Shown in pieces: positions 23,159 to 36,787 of a stretch of 64,000 nt of DNA (position 1 is the stretch's first letter; each line of letters starts with the position of its first letter). Position numbers and translations under genes: made by a program. The notes below the pieces were generated by a model that was not told where the DNA came from, searched no databases, and worked only from the letters and a program-made list of their open reading frames with translations. Source of the DNA: Eledone cirrhosa (Eukaryota); NCBI GenBank assembly GCA_964016885.1, contig OZ024744.1, forward strand, positions 91,202,001 through 91,266,000, given 5' to 3'.

Positions 23159-25920
23159 TTAGCTGTAGTGTTGGCGGATCTCGGGAAGCATGGAGGCCTT
23201 AAAGGATGCAGTGTCTCGACAACTAACAACTGATGCAGGTAGTTTGTTCCATGCTTCAGCAAATCTGAGCGTGAAAAAATGTTTCCGAAAGTCATGGGAA
23301 CTGTGCTGTTTTCTTACTTTGTGGGCATGTCCACGTGTGTTAGACACATGGAAATCAAAAAGGTACTCAGGGTTGTTGTTGGCAACATGGTTAACAATTT
23401 TGTGGGTGTTTACCAAGTCAGTTGCCAGGCGTCGGAGCTTCAATGAATCCATGCCCAGGGAAGCAAGGCGCTCAGAGTATGGTAGATGCCTGATGGAGGG
23501 TATTCGCTTGGTTGCACGTCTCTGAACAGTTTCCAGGCGGTCAATGTTCTGAGCAAGATAGGGGTTCCAGACTGGTGATGCAAATTCTAAGTGTGGTCGC
23601 ACCATAGCTGTATACAGCCTTAAATAGATATCTGGAGAGCGGCTGACAAAGGTCTTGCTGAGTGATGCTAAGACACCCTCGGCCCTCTTGACAATTTTAG
23701 AGACGTGCCTCGTCCAACGCAAATCGCTGCTGACCGTAATGCCCAGGTCACGTTCACAGGAAGACTTCTTGATATTAGTGCTGTGGAGGGAGTATGTGGA
23801 CGCTGGGTTTTTACTCCCAAAATGCATGGTGGGGCACTTGTCCACAGCTAGCTTGAGTTGCCAGTCTGAGATCCATTGTTGCATTGTGTCCAGGTCAGAC
23901 TGCAAGCAAGATCTATAGTGTTCAGGATCTGTCCTTTTTATCTCAAGGTACAGCTTGATGTCGTCTGCGTACTTTAGTACTGTGGCATTCCTTAAGTTGG
24001 CATCTATGTCATTAATATATGCCACAAACAAAAGGGGGCCAAGAACAAATCCCTGTGGTACACCAGATGACATCTCATATGGTGAGGAATGCTGTCCCAG
24101 AACCGTGACTACCTCTCTTTGACTGAGAATGAAATACTTCAACCAGTTAAAAAGATCATCCTTCACACCCATTGCAGAGAGTTTTGCCATAAGCCTTTTG
24201 TGTGGCACAGAATTGAAGGCCTTCGCAAAGTCAAGGTAAACAACATCCACCCATGAGCCGCCATCAGTGATCCGGGTGATGTTCTCAAGAAACTCTATAA
24301 GTTGATCACAGCAGCTGGAGTTGGGGATAAATCCAAATTGTGAGGGCCGGATAAGACTGTGAGAGCTCCAGAAGTTCCAAAGTGTTTCTCTGACACAGGA
24401 TTCCATCAGTTTGGCGATGCAACTAGTAAGACTGACTGGACGATAGTTCACAGGTGATGTGCGGTCACCCTTTTTGAACAGAGGAATGACACTGGCAGTT
24501 TTCCACTGTTCTGGAGTAGCACTATTGTTCAGACAGAATTGGAAGAAGCGTGATAACTGGTGTAGAAGGAAGTACCCACCATGTTTAAGAAGCAGGTACG
24601 TAACACCATCAAGACCAGGAGAGGCATGGTTGCGTTTATTTTTTAGGTGACGTCGCAGCATTGCAGGTGTAAATTCCATGGTTGTAATAGAGTCCGGTGT
24701 CATAGGTGGTGGAGATGGTACACTCTGGTCTTCAATAGTGAAAATGCCTGCATAGCATTCAGCAATGAGCTCTGCACATTTCTTGGGGTTGTCAGTAACC
24801 TGGCTTGTGTGGGGATTGCGAAAAGGACCAACTGGAGAGTGAGGCCTCTGCTTTGAGTGAACATACTTCCAGAACACCTTACTGTCAGGGCTGGTTGCTA
24901 TGCGCTGCTCAAATTGAAGCACTGCCTTTTTTGTCACCTGTTTGAGGTGGTTGGACGATCTATTTCACCTCTTCCTATTAATGTCTGATTTGTGAAGTTT
25001 GTACTCACGTTCAGCATTGCGCCGTTCTTTTCTGGCAAGACGGACTGCTGCAGTCTCCCAAATTGCGTTTTTGGGATGTTTTTTCCGCTTACATGGCACC
25101 GATGCTGCACATGCTGTCCATATTGAGCTCAGGATGTTCTGGAGTACAGTGTTGACATCTCCAGAGTCGTAGAACTCAAGCCAGTTTGGCCGTTGCAACT
25201 CGGTGCAGTAACAGTTCCAGTCTGCTTTATTCCAGTCAAAGTGAGCAGTTTGGAGATGGTTGTGGTTCTTGTTACTGCCCATGAGGGATAGATTGGCAAT
25301 GATCATAGCATGATCAGAGTCACCTAAAGTTCCTCAGCAGTAACACTAATGACCATTTCAGGAGTAGTGGTGAAGAGTAGGTCCAAAGTGTTGTCACCTC
25401 TCGTTGGGGAGGTGACCACCTGGGACCAACTCGAGTCCAGCACTAGCTCAAGGAAGTCATTTGCACTTGGCGGCCAATGAAAGGTTTCCCAGTCAATCTC
25501 AGGGTGATTGAAGTCACCTGCAATGAAAACATAAGTGGCTGTCTTCCTGGCAGCAGCTCTGAGGATATCACAAATTTGAGTGTCCTGATGGTAATTTGGG
25601 GGACGGTAAACGACTCCAAGTAGCAGTGTTGACATGGTCATACGTATATCGCAGAAAAAAACTTCCTGCTGTGATTGGTTCAAATCAGCACAAGGAATTG
25701 CCGACAGATTTGACCGAACGTAGACCATTACACCACCACCACGACGATTAATGCGGTCTTTACGAAACAGGTTGTAGCCAGTCATGCTGAAAACCCCATC
25801 ACAGAGTAAGGGATGTGCCCAAGTTTCCGTGACTGTAATGAAGTCAGGGTTGATACTTTTGACGTAGGAGTCAAAAAGATGAATCTTTTTGCATAGACTA
25901 CGTGCATTCAAGGACAACAA
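23159..25920 (-). pseudogene. CR1 ORF2 (APE endonuclease + reverse transcriptase) broken by one frameshift (~25324) and one in-frame TGA (24965)
   Basis: NARS..VTETW..GDFN..LDLLF then GDSDH in a shifted frame; RKR*NRSSNHLKQVTK reads through into the 592-aa RT ORF. Confidence 0.92.
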
Positions 25921-25976
25921 TTTGTACCTTGATTCCAGTCTATGATTATGTGCAGGGGATGGCAGGTTCTTCTGAT

Positions 25977-26920
25977 TTAGTTTCCCAGAGTTTTTTCAGT
26001 TTCTTTATTGTCAGTTGTTGTCGGTACAGTGTTTTCAGACCAGCTGGTGTCTCTTTTCCATGATTCGCCAGCCTTAACAAACTTCCATATCTGCCCATCA
26101 TCTCGTAGGCTGAAGCTTTCATGTTCTGCCGAGCTGCGGTTTAAGGAAGCTGCAGCACGCAACTTTGGGCGGACATCAGGTGGAAGACCAGGGTGTGTTC
26201 GGAAAGCAATCCGACTTTCACGCCTAGCTTTATCAGAGGCTACAAGGTATGAACGTGCCTCAGTTGAGTTTGAAAACGACAGTCTAATTAACCTGGGTTT
26301 CGGGCCTGGTCGGCCAAGGCGTAGAGCACCCTTTGCGGAAGCACAGCCCAGGTCTTTGGATGAACTGGCAGCAAATGCCTGAAGATCAACTATGTCTTCT
26401 GGTACACCAATGGCAATCACTTCGTGGTTTGCAGATTCAGTGGCATTCTCAATGCGTCTAGGTTCAACATGAGGTACGCGGAGATTTTTTAACAAGGCAC
26501 TCCGGTAAGATCCCTCATTGTGGGGTTCTACACGAACGCTTGATTTTATTTCCGCTATTTCTTGGCTTAAAGCGGAAATCATTTGCCGTATTTCCTCAAA
26601 CTCCATATTGACGGTCGATTTTTGTTGTTGTTCTTCTCCTTCAACAGGCATGGTAGAAGACACAGTTGTCAGTTGTTGTTGTTGAAAAGTAACGGGTGAG
26701 GAAGACATGGGTTGCTGTTGTTGATGAAGTCCTTCAACGGGGGTAGTAGCAGAAGCTATGGTCGTTGGTTTTTGCTGTTGTTCAGGAACAATGGTAGAGG
26801 AAGACACGATCCTCGGTTTTTGTTGTTGTTGTTCGGGAACAATGGAGAAGACACGATCTTCGGTCTTTGTTGTTGTTGTTGTTCCACAGCAATGGGAGAA
26901 GCAGGCATATAGTCCAGGCA
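25977..26920 (-). CDS. CR1 ORF1 (Q-rich repeats, coiled coil, RRM-like RLGR..KPRLIRLSF), N-terminus missing
   Basis: Open frame directly upstream of ORF2; the predicted start at 26942 lies in flanking RTE/MITE sequence. Confidence 0.75.
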
Positions 26921-29900
26921 CTGGCCATTCACGTATATACAATGCATTTATTAATAAGAAGAGTTGAAATTATTGCATGCAAGATTTCACAGCTCTAGCT
27001 TCACTCTTTCATAGTCAGTCTAAGAATTTATCAGCTGACCATTGTAGTATTTATAGCTGAATTGACGGAATATTCAGAGAAGATATTCCAGGACATTCCA
27101 GTAAAATTAGCAACAACTAAATATTTAGTGAGTAGGAAATAAGACAAGACCCTGCAGTCATCAGAGAAGTAGCCATGCTGAATATGTACAAAAGGAGTAA
27201 GTAGGAATACTATATAGAGTACTCAATGTAAGGTATGTAAGGTACACAAGAGGTACACAATGTAAGGTACACAAGAGGTGTAGTGGGATTTGAGCAAGCT
27301 AACATAGAAGGTAGACTTTGAAGGTGGCAGATATACAAGGATAGTTAGTAGTAAGAGCACCAATAAAATATCTTTTCAATTCTAACCTAAGAATGAAAAC
27401 ATTACCCCCCCCCCCAAAAAAAAAAATCACCAAATATGTTTCTTATTAATATCTTTGCCCTATTTATTGGTTAAAGAAAGGAGACCAGATAATTTTTCTA
27501 TATTTTGAATTATCTATATTTCTACTTAATGCTATGCTAATATGTATAAATACAGTTCTGTGTGAGCAAGACACGGTCACCTGACAACTTGCTTCAAACG
27601 GTATAACCCGTCTTACTCATGCTAGTGTGGAAAAATAGATGTTAAACAGTGATGATGATGATTTTTATGATGAGCTCTCTTCTGAATACATTTTAGAATT
27701 TAGGTACAAAGTGTGCCAAAATATTTTTTACTTTTTCTAATGTGCACCATGAGTAAAGAGAGGTCAGGAACCTGGTTTATTGGATAAAAGAATTATGAAA
27801 GTTTATCATGTGAAAATCGAAAATAAGGGAGATGACTTTTATAATAAAAACATTGGTAATTTTATTCACAGCTTCTGTGGATGAATTTATACAGGGTATT
27901 TCATGTTTAAAGAGAGGATTTAAGTTCACATTTATTTATATAAAATTTTTCACTTCACTTCATTTTCTTTAAGTACATGATGCCAAATTTATGTAGCCAC
28001 GGTGACAATGCTGTTGATGATGGTGGTGATGATAATAAAATAAAAACCATTATTATTCCACCACATTTCTAACAAAGAGCTGCGTGCGTGCATGCACCAG
28101 CCCGCAGCCTCATAGCCAGGAGCCACATGCACTGGTATGAACATATTCTCTGTCTCCCACCAGATTATCCTACTAGGGCCTTACTCTCATTCGACGCAGC
28201 ATCTGTGGGCTGGTAGAGGTTCCATGTAGGTCCCACACCATATGGCTGGATATAATTAAGAAAGATCTTCAGAGGATGGACGTCACTTTGGAAAATGCAG
28301 GCGGGTTGATACGGGACAACCAGCAGAAGAGGGCACTGGTAGATCTTGTCGGTTCTGCGCACGATGATGCCTCTGGGGTCACTGACCCAAGATGACCATA
28401 GTCCTATCAAACTAGAGCAAAGAAGAAGATTCCTTATTAATAATTGTTTCTACTTTTGGCACATGGCCAGCAATTACCCAGTACATTACTGGTACTTTAT
28501 TTTATGAAAGGCAAAGTTAAAACCTCGACGGGATTTGAACTCAGACCATAAAGGGACGTAACTATGCTAGAAAACATGGCGTCCAACCCTCTACTGATAC
28601 TGCCAATTCACCGCCCTTATTAATAATGTTGTGTTCAATTATAGAGTTGTATTCAACATTATCAAGTTCTACTCTTCTTCTTTGTCCACTTATTCCTGGG
28701 AAGGTCATGGGGGGAAGACTCCTTAAATACTCCTTCAAGTGGGTCCTATCTGAAGCAACCGTCTCCAACTGATTTGGCTGGATCCCCAAGCGAGTCAAAC
28801 CAAGTTCATGGATGTTATCCAACCATCTTGCTCAGGATCTACCCCTGGGTTTCCTGCCGGTTGGTTTTGCCTATAAAATCTCTCCAGTGATTCTTTCCTT
28901 GTAATCTGTGAGATAAATTCTGAAAATGAGCTCTAATTGGAGTTAATATCCTCTCAATTCTGGAGCCAGTTGTATTGTCCAGGGATGGTGAGAAGAAATA
29001 CGTTGGTCTTGTTCCTTGACTTTTGGATAGAGATAGATGCTTCATATGGGATGCTACTGTTAATGAACCTTTCTCTCTATCACATATCTAAAATGATAAA
29101 GGGGAGGTAAGTCCTTTGCTTTCATAGCGGAATAGTATAAGATAGTGCAATACTGTCGTAATTTATAGGTGAACTAAATTTTTCTTCCCTGTGATATTCA
29201 AGACCTTTAACCTTTAGCATTCACATTACTCAATATTTACTATTATATTTACATAGAAAAGGTTTTATCTCACATAATATCAAATCTATGAGATTTTGAT
29301 ATTATTTATTTTGAGAATAATACCTTAACATTGGTACGAGTGGCCTGTTATGACCAGTTTGAACAGAAAGAGGTGAGAAAATTCTGGCTGGATACGGTCG
29401 GTTTAAATGCTGAAAGGATCTGAACCTCTAGTAATGGAGTTCTTGTTATAATTTTCCTCTAATCTTACTGAGAGGCCGTTTCAGTGCTGTAGCTTCGCTA
29501 CCACTTATATTTATACCGTGTTTTGGTCTGCCTAAAAAATGTTTTGGGTTAAACACCAGTATTCCTTATTGTGGTGAGTAATTGAAGGAGTGTGTATGCC
29601 TTCACCATTAGCATCCTCATCATTTAATGTTTGGTTTTTTTCCCTGATAGCAAAGCTTGGATAGGTCATCATAGACCAACACAGTATTTAATCAATGTCA
29701 CCTCAGACAGGCTAGCATCTGACGCATGTATGAGTATATTATTACAAATGCACAAACACAGACACACTTACAAAAATAAGTAGCTCAAATCTCTATATAG
29801 ATTGTACACGCAAGTGTTGTGAATATTAGATGCTGTTTTCTGCAGTTTGTCATCGCCCCTTCCTCCGTCAACCATCTCTAGTGCGTGACATCACCATCCC

Positions 29901-31375
29901 TTCCTTCCTTAGTCATCTTTAGTATGTAACGGAAGGATGGACAGAAGTCACTCAAATTTATATATAGATATACTATAGATAAACTTGGTGCATTATATCG
30001 TAGTGCCAGCATTTGGGAGCTTGTCATGCTTTTTGACATAAATGGAAAGTCCTCTTGACCTTTATTTGACAGGTTTTCTATGTCCAGATGCCCTTTCTAT
30101 CAACAACCACTTTACAGAGTATATTATAGTATCAACAGTAGGGAAGTTGTCATGTCTTAAAGAGTCCTCTCATGTTTTGCAAATTTTATACATCTGAATG
30201 CCCTTCCTATCACCAGTCACTTCACTGTGTTCCGTGCATTTTATCATGGCACTGACTCTAGAGAGGTTGTTGTGTCCTTGAATCTAAAGAGTCCTCTCAG
30301 CTCCATGTTTGACAAATTTTCTATGATTGGATGTCCTTCTTATTGCCATCCACTTTACAGAGTGTACTGGGTGCACATTTCAAGGCACCAGCAATAGATA
30401 GGTTGTCATATTTGTCACTTATCTGAAGACTCATCTCAACCTTTTCGATATGGTTTCTATGGCTTGACACCCTTCCTAACACCCACTTCTTTATAAAGTG
30501 TACTGGGTGCATTTTATTGTCGGTCCCAGCACTGAGAATAGATGAATGTCCATGATATTAATGTCAATATCTGTGAACTAATGGAGAATTGGTCTACATT
30601 TAGAGGCTACAATTGATATTAATCCAATAAATGGCATGTATCTGCTAGGATATTCCAGCTAAGTCTCCCTCAAATCACATACGTATGACTTTTAGAAGGT
30701 AGGGCACATTGGAAAATGTAGTTGTTGTTAGAGCTCTCTTGGGTCTGACAATGAGTTTCCTGCTTATGGAATTAACATCCAAGCTGGTTGAGTATTCCAT
30801 AGACCTGTGTATCCTTGACAGAGTCCTCAAGGCGTTTTAGTGTTGTGAAGACCTTTCAGTTGCATCAAGAACGCGATAACCTCTCGAGTGTTGGTCTAAT
30901 ATACCCAATAAACACTGTAAAGAGTTTGGTGATAGGAAGGGAATCCACCCATTGAAAGCTTGCTAAAGAAAGTATTGGGAGGACCCTTCAGTTGTGTCAA
31001 AGACATGACAACCTCTTCTGTGCACTCAGTAGAATGTGAGACCATATGTAAGTGCGAGATCCCTGGCCTGTTTGGGAGATCAGTAGCTCTGTTTCAGTGC
31101 TGACTTGGTCTATATAGACCTGTCCAACCCTTGCTAGCAGGGAAATCAGATGTTAAAATGATGAAGGCTGTGGTGTGATGTGTATGTGTGTGTGTGTGAC
31201 AAAGCTAATTACAAGTTCAACTGATTTTTGCTATCTGAATAATCAGGAGCAGTGTGAAATGAAATGTCTTGCTCAAGTACACAATGCACTGAGAGGAATC
31301 GAACCCACGACTTTATGATCGGGAGATGAATACTCTAACTACTAAGCCACATGCCTTCACACATATAATGTAGTA

Positions 31376-31910
31376 CATCATTTTACATCCACTTTTCCCT
31401 GCTTGCAAGAGTGGGATGGGTCTTATTCAGCACAGCATCTCTCCATTCATCACGGTCCTTTGTCATCTCCTCCGTGAGCTTCAGTGATCTCACCACCTCC
31501 ACCCATGTTTTTTGTGGTCTTCCTCTACTGCGTCTTCCTTCTACTAGGATTTCTTGGCACTTCTTTACCCAGCGGTCATCCTCCATGCGCATTACATGTC
31601 CATACCATCTCAGTCTTCTCTCCTGCACACCACAACCTATCCCTCTTATACCCAGTTTCTCTCTCAACTCATCTATGCTTGGTCGTTCATGCACATTGAC
31701 ATTGCACATCCCACGGAGCATACTTGCCTCATTTCTCTCCAGCCGTCGTATATCTTCCACAGTTGCTGCCCATGTCTCACTACCATGCAACATCGTGCAT
31801 CTCACACAGGCATCATATAACTGGCCTTTCGTTTGTAAGGAGAAACCCTTCTTTGTCAACAGAGGAAGCAACACCCTAAACTTCTTCCAACTGGTCCTTA
31901 TTCTAGATAC
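31376..31910 (-). mobile_element. RTE C-terminal fragment
   Basis: SRIRTSWKKFR..MLHGSETW..RRLRWYGHVMRM..GRPQKTW, homologous to the intact RTE. Confidence 0.9.
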
Positions 31911-32079
31911 TATGTCTATAATTATAGGCTTGCTTGACCAATCGGACTTAGGAGTGGAGGCAGCATGGACTGAAAGGTCAAGGGGTTCACTACTGTGTGA
32001 AATCTTGTGCATGTGTCGATTTACCATAGCCTAGGGTTATGAGTGAAATTAGGTAGACAGAAATAGTTTAGAAGCCTGT

Positions 32080-32540
32080 CAGATGGACTGTACCTGTAAT
32101 TCAGTGGGACAACCTTGTCACACACACTGTCACACTGAATCTCCCCAAGAATTACGTTAAGGCTACACATGTCTGGGTATAAGAGGGATAGGTTGTGGTG
32201 TGCAGGAGAGACGACTGAGATGGTATGGACATGTGTAGCCACTTACACTATAATACAACATTGACTGTACCTGTAATTCTTGAGCCGTCCATGTCACACA
32301 CTATGTCATACTGAATCTTCCTGAGAAATACGTTAAGGATACACATGTCTGTGGAATACTCAGCCATTTGCACTATAATACAACATGAGCCAGCCTTGTC
32401 ACACACTGTGTCATGCTGAATCTTCCTAAGAATTACATTGTGGAGTGCACATGTCTGTAGAATGCTCAGTCAGTTGCACGATAATTTCATGAGGAAGCTC
32501 TTCCGTTGATTGAACAACTAGAACAATCATCGTCGAAATC
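32080..32540. repeat. Tandem ~110-130-bp units of a SINE-tail-like repeat (also 42220-42540)
   Basis: Recurring CTGAATCTCCCTGAGAATTACGTTAAGG..CATGTCTGTGGAATACTCAGCCA. Confidence 0.65.
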
Positions 32541-34579
32541 GACGAATGCTCATTTCAGTCCGTACTAATAAGCTAAAAATACATTTTGCTAAGTTAGATA
32601 ACTCTGTAGTAGAATTTAGTAGTTGTTGGTAATTATTTCCCTTGATTTATTTATTTATTGATTTACTAAATATATTTCAACTGAATATATTTTTACAAAC
32701 AATAATTTTAAGAAAATGCCTAATATTGTAAAATTTGCTGGAACATTTCAGGAATAAATTCTAGATTTTCAATTTCTTTTAAGCAAATAAAAAATAGAAA
32801 GAATAAACAAATACAGGAATACAATACTATAGAAATTTCGGATCTAAATATATAAATTAGGTTGCGATAACCTACATTCTTTGGTCTGTTAACGGGTCGA
32901 AATCGAGATTAAATTCGATAGCTTGTTATGTGTTATTCAATCCTGTTGGAATTTTTGTTGCCTTACTAATATTTAAAGTCGTATTATGTAAACGGATTTT
33001 GAAGAAATTTGATAAGTTTCAAAATTCGAAATATATTAATTTCCTTTTCTAAAATATATATATTAAAAAACTGCCTCAATTCATATATTTTTAAAGATTT
33101 ATAACGAAAAAGCCCGTACCTTTTATACTCATTACCTTTCAGTTTTATCTAGTAAATAGTTGACTAAATTCGTATATTAACGATAAAATGATCAAAAAGG
33201 TCGGGTAAATTACTTTTGGAGATGTGAAGAACAGTGCCGTATAGAGACGTAATTCGAGTCACCACAGACCACTTGGTCCAATTTTTCAGGGCTAATTATC
33301 TAACATTCAGTCATTTTATAGTTATTTTGTTGATTGTGGCAGTTAGTAATTAAAACAATGGTTTCTGATTTTAAGCCAACAATTTGTAGGAGAGAAGTAA
33401 AGTCGAGTAAATCTACTCTAGTGCGTTACTGGTACTTTATATTTTATCTACCCCGTAAGGTTAAAATGCAAAGCTAACCTCGGTGGGATTTGAACTAAAT
33501 ACACAAAGGGACGTAACTATATCCCACAAAGCATTTTGTCCAACGCTCTACCGACACTGCCAATAATAATAAAGGTCTCTGATTTAGGTACAAGATCAAT
33601 CATTTTTTGGGGGTGGAGCGGGGCGGGTTGGGTAAAGTCAATCAAATCAACTCCAGCACTTTACTGGTACTTTATTTTATAGACTCCCAATTGGATGAAA
33701 TGCAAAGCTAACCTCGACGGGATTTGAACTCAGAATGTAAAGGGACGTAACTCTATGCCGCAAAGCATGGTGTCCAACGCTCTACCAGTACTGGTATGGT
33801 CCCGTAATTCTTGATAGGGTCGTAGGGGAGCAGTTTCTTCGACATTCTAAGCCTGGCAGAGCCCATCCCTCTCCAAGCAACTCCATGCTGCAAAGGATGT
33901 CTGACGCTTTACCGATGGTTTAGAAGAGGGCCAACAATTTTGGGGCAGGGGAAAGGTCATTACATCAACCCCAGTGCATTACTGGTACTTTATTTTATTC
34001 GACCCCGTAAGGATAAAAGGCAAAGCTAACCTCAACAGGATTTAAACTCAGAACATAAAGGGCTGTAACTATATCCCAACAAAGCATGTTATCCGACGCT
34101 CTACCGATACTGTCAATAATAACAACAATTGTTTCTACTTTTGGCACAAGGCCAGCAATTACCCAGTGCATTACTGGTACTTTATTTTATCGACTTCGAA
34201 AAGGATGAAAGGCAAAGTTAACCTCGGCGGGATTTGAACTCAGAATGGCAAGGGCCGTAATTCTATGTGCCAAAGCACGGCGTTCGACCCTCTACCGATT
34301 CTGCCAATCCAATACCACTGTCAATAATAATAATAATAATATTCCTTGAGCAAGACACTTTATTTCACATTGCTCCAGTTTACTCAGCTGTAGAAATGAG
34401 ATGATAGGGACTGGGGTCCATATCATTCCACTGCAAAGTGGTCGTGGAGGCGCCACGGTAAAAAAGCACCCAGCACTTACTGTAAATGAGGTTGGTGTTA
34501 GGAAGGCCATCCAGCTGTAGAAATCAAGCCAGAATCAGTTCCCGTCCCACCCTTACAAGCAGGGAAAAGCGGACGTAAA

Positions 34580-34611
<32 letters not shown>

Positions 34612-34765
34612 TATTGTTTCTACTTTTGGCACAAGGTTAACAATTTGAAGAGAAGGGAGAAAGTTGGAAAGGCAAAGTTGACCTCAACAGGATTTGGTGG
34701 TGGTTGTGGTGATGTTGTGGTGGTGTTGGTGGTGGTAGTGGTTGAAACTGGAAGTGTGACTGTAG

Positions 34766-34799
<34 letters not shown>

Positions 34800-35558
34800 A
34801 ATATAAAAATTAGTGCATTGAGATTAAATTCCTGTAAACCATTGCTTTGTTGGCTACTCTATGTGTAAAGAATCGATAGCTCTGACTGTAAAATCCTGTG
34901 ACTAACAGAACTTTATCCCAGTCGGGAGCAAAGTGCGGTCTATGAGCACACATATGGCCTGTTTGACTTTCTGAATGGCACCCCTAATTTCAAAATTGTT
35001 ATCACCTTATGATGAACCACATCCTATGCGGCCTACTTCTCGACAAATGTCGCCCATGCATGGGCAACATTTGTTGAGCAGTGGGCCATGCCTGTTTGAG
35101 ACCAATGTTGAATTAGAAGAATTTATATTTTTTTCAAGTGACAAAGTATATGGAACCAGGGAATAAACCCAAATTTCTGACTTGGACTTCTGGGAGATTA
35201 CCCATTTGTTCTTTTATTCTTTCAAAAAAGCCTTCATCATGATAAAGGCCAATAATAATGATTTTTTTTTTTTTGGACATTGCCTTCACTGATAGGAAGG
35301 AGGAAGGAAGGGAATTAAGAAGAGAGAGAGAGAGAGGAGTGAGAGAAAGGAGAATTGACCTCAGTACTGAATTGGTAATTTGTTGATCTTAATAACTTTT
35401 ATTACACAGAGAGCCAGAACAAATACTGCAAGGTATGTTGTCTGATGCTCAAACAATTCCCCCAATTCCCCCACCCACCTACCTCTTTGGGGTACTACTT
35501 TATTTCATTGACCTTTGAAAGGGTGGAAGGTAAAGTTGATCTCAATCTCAACAGGACA

Positions 35559-36268
35559 TCTATATATAATATAAAAGAGAGATGTTTATTGGGTGGTTGG
35601 TTGGTTGGATCACATGAAAACTACACACACACACAAATACATACGCACACATCTAAAGAGAGAGAGACACAGAGGGAGAGACAGAAAGAGAGAGATAGGC
35701 TGTTATGCAGAGAGAGATACAATTAAAGTGTTAGATATTCAGAGAGAGAGAGAGATATAGAGAGTGACATCCCACAAAAGTCTAGAATCGGCTTAAACTA
35801 TAGATCCTTTGATTTATTGGAAGGTTTAACAATGTTAGCTTTTATAAAGTCGTTTTAAAGTCTTTGTTTTACAGAAGAAAGAAAAATTGATACTATTAGA
35901 AATTAATCTACCCTCCAGCTTTTATCCATACACTACTTACAGTCCGTACTAACGAAACTAAACACTTCAGAAGCAATGTTATGCAGTATATTGCTGTGTT
36001 TCAGGTGACTTCCTTTGGAGCTGAAAAAGATCATACTGACTATATTTATTTCACAACATTTAAAATCCAAGGCCAATGCTACCATTTAATTAGCAGTTTA
36101 CTCCCTCAGCCTAATAAGGAAGTTTTATGATTGTTTTTTTTATGTCTCTCTCACACACACACACATTACAGTCTCACCTCATACTAGACAACACATCCAA
36201 TACAGTCATTTTCTCGTTATCTGTCTTCTTTTAACTCTGCTCCTGGTCCAACTGGCTACCTCAGCTAG
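35559..36268 (+). mobile_element. Non-autonomous Helitron-like element, family B copy 2
   Basis: A|TCTATATATAAT start, CTAG|T end, homologous to 1954-2651; interrupts a decayed SINE. Confidence 0.75.
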
Positions 36269-36723
36269 TATCACATAAAGAGCTTGAACAAATACTGTAA
36301 CATATGTTGTATGATGCTCAACCACTTCTGCTAATTAATTTGATGTATTTATGTGACTGTAACTTATGGTGGAGTCGTAGGGGTACCGTTGTGACATAGG
36401 ATATTTCTGAGGCATTTTGTAAACATGGTGGATCCCATCTCTTCTCCAGGTTAAACACAGCCGATTGCTTCCAAAACGGGAGAAAGAGAGATTGATAAAG
36501 AGGAAGTGAGAAAGAGACATAAAGGATGAATCTACCCAAGTACTGAACTGGTACTTTGTTTATCAACCTCAAAGGGATGAAAGGGAAAGTTGACCTCAGT
36601 GGGATTTGAACTCAGAGTGTAGAGAGTGCTGAAACAAATACCACAAAGAATTCTATCCAATGTTCTAATGACTCTGCCAATTCATTGCCTATTACTAATT
36701 AATTACTGTATTCTTATTTAAAG

Positions 36724-36787
36724 GATCAAAAGATTTTCTGGGGATGCCACTCATGATACCTTTGTGAATGAGAAGACAGGTGAAAAG
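36724..36787 (+). CDS. Candidate downstream exon of the 16.8-kb host gene (R-IKRFSGDATHDTFVNEKTGEK)
   Basis: TTCTTATTTAAAG| acceptor, AAG|GTAAGG donor, 64 nt; phase-compatible and stop-free when spliced to the exon ending at 17597. Confidence 0.5.

Larger units (their letters stand above)
23041..26920 (-). mobile_element. CR1-clade LINE, 5'-truncated within ORF1, (ATT)n tail
   Basis: ORF1 + APE + RT in tandem; CR1-type motifs VYLDFAKAF, KYADD, VRPHLEFASPVWNPY, LETVQRRATK. Confidence 0.93.
22327..27044. mobile_element. Mariner-type MITE split into two halves (22327-22423 and 26939-27044)
   Basis: The halves match the intact copies at 44798-45680; TA duplication at the outer ends; ACAAT repeated at the break. 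Confidence 0.85.
21925..27340 (+). mobile_element. Old RTE LINE fragment (outer layer of nest), pieces 21925-22093, 22267-22326, 27047-27340
   Basis: LGVDEW..LQAMHR..LLSPLLFIIILQ / KFKTDCL*NLLYTNNL / VFIAE..TKYLVSRK..PC*ICTKGVSRNTI..VHKRCSGI, co-linear with the intact RTE protein. Confidence 0.85.

Noticed and set aside
29030-29112. Exon ending at GAG|GTAAGT (29106); also donor at 37263
   Set aside because: No nearby acceptor gives a stop-free frame compatible with the neighbouring exons.
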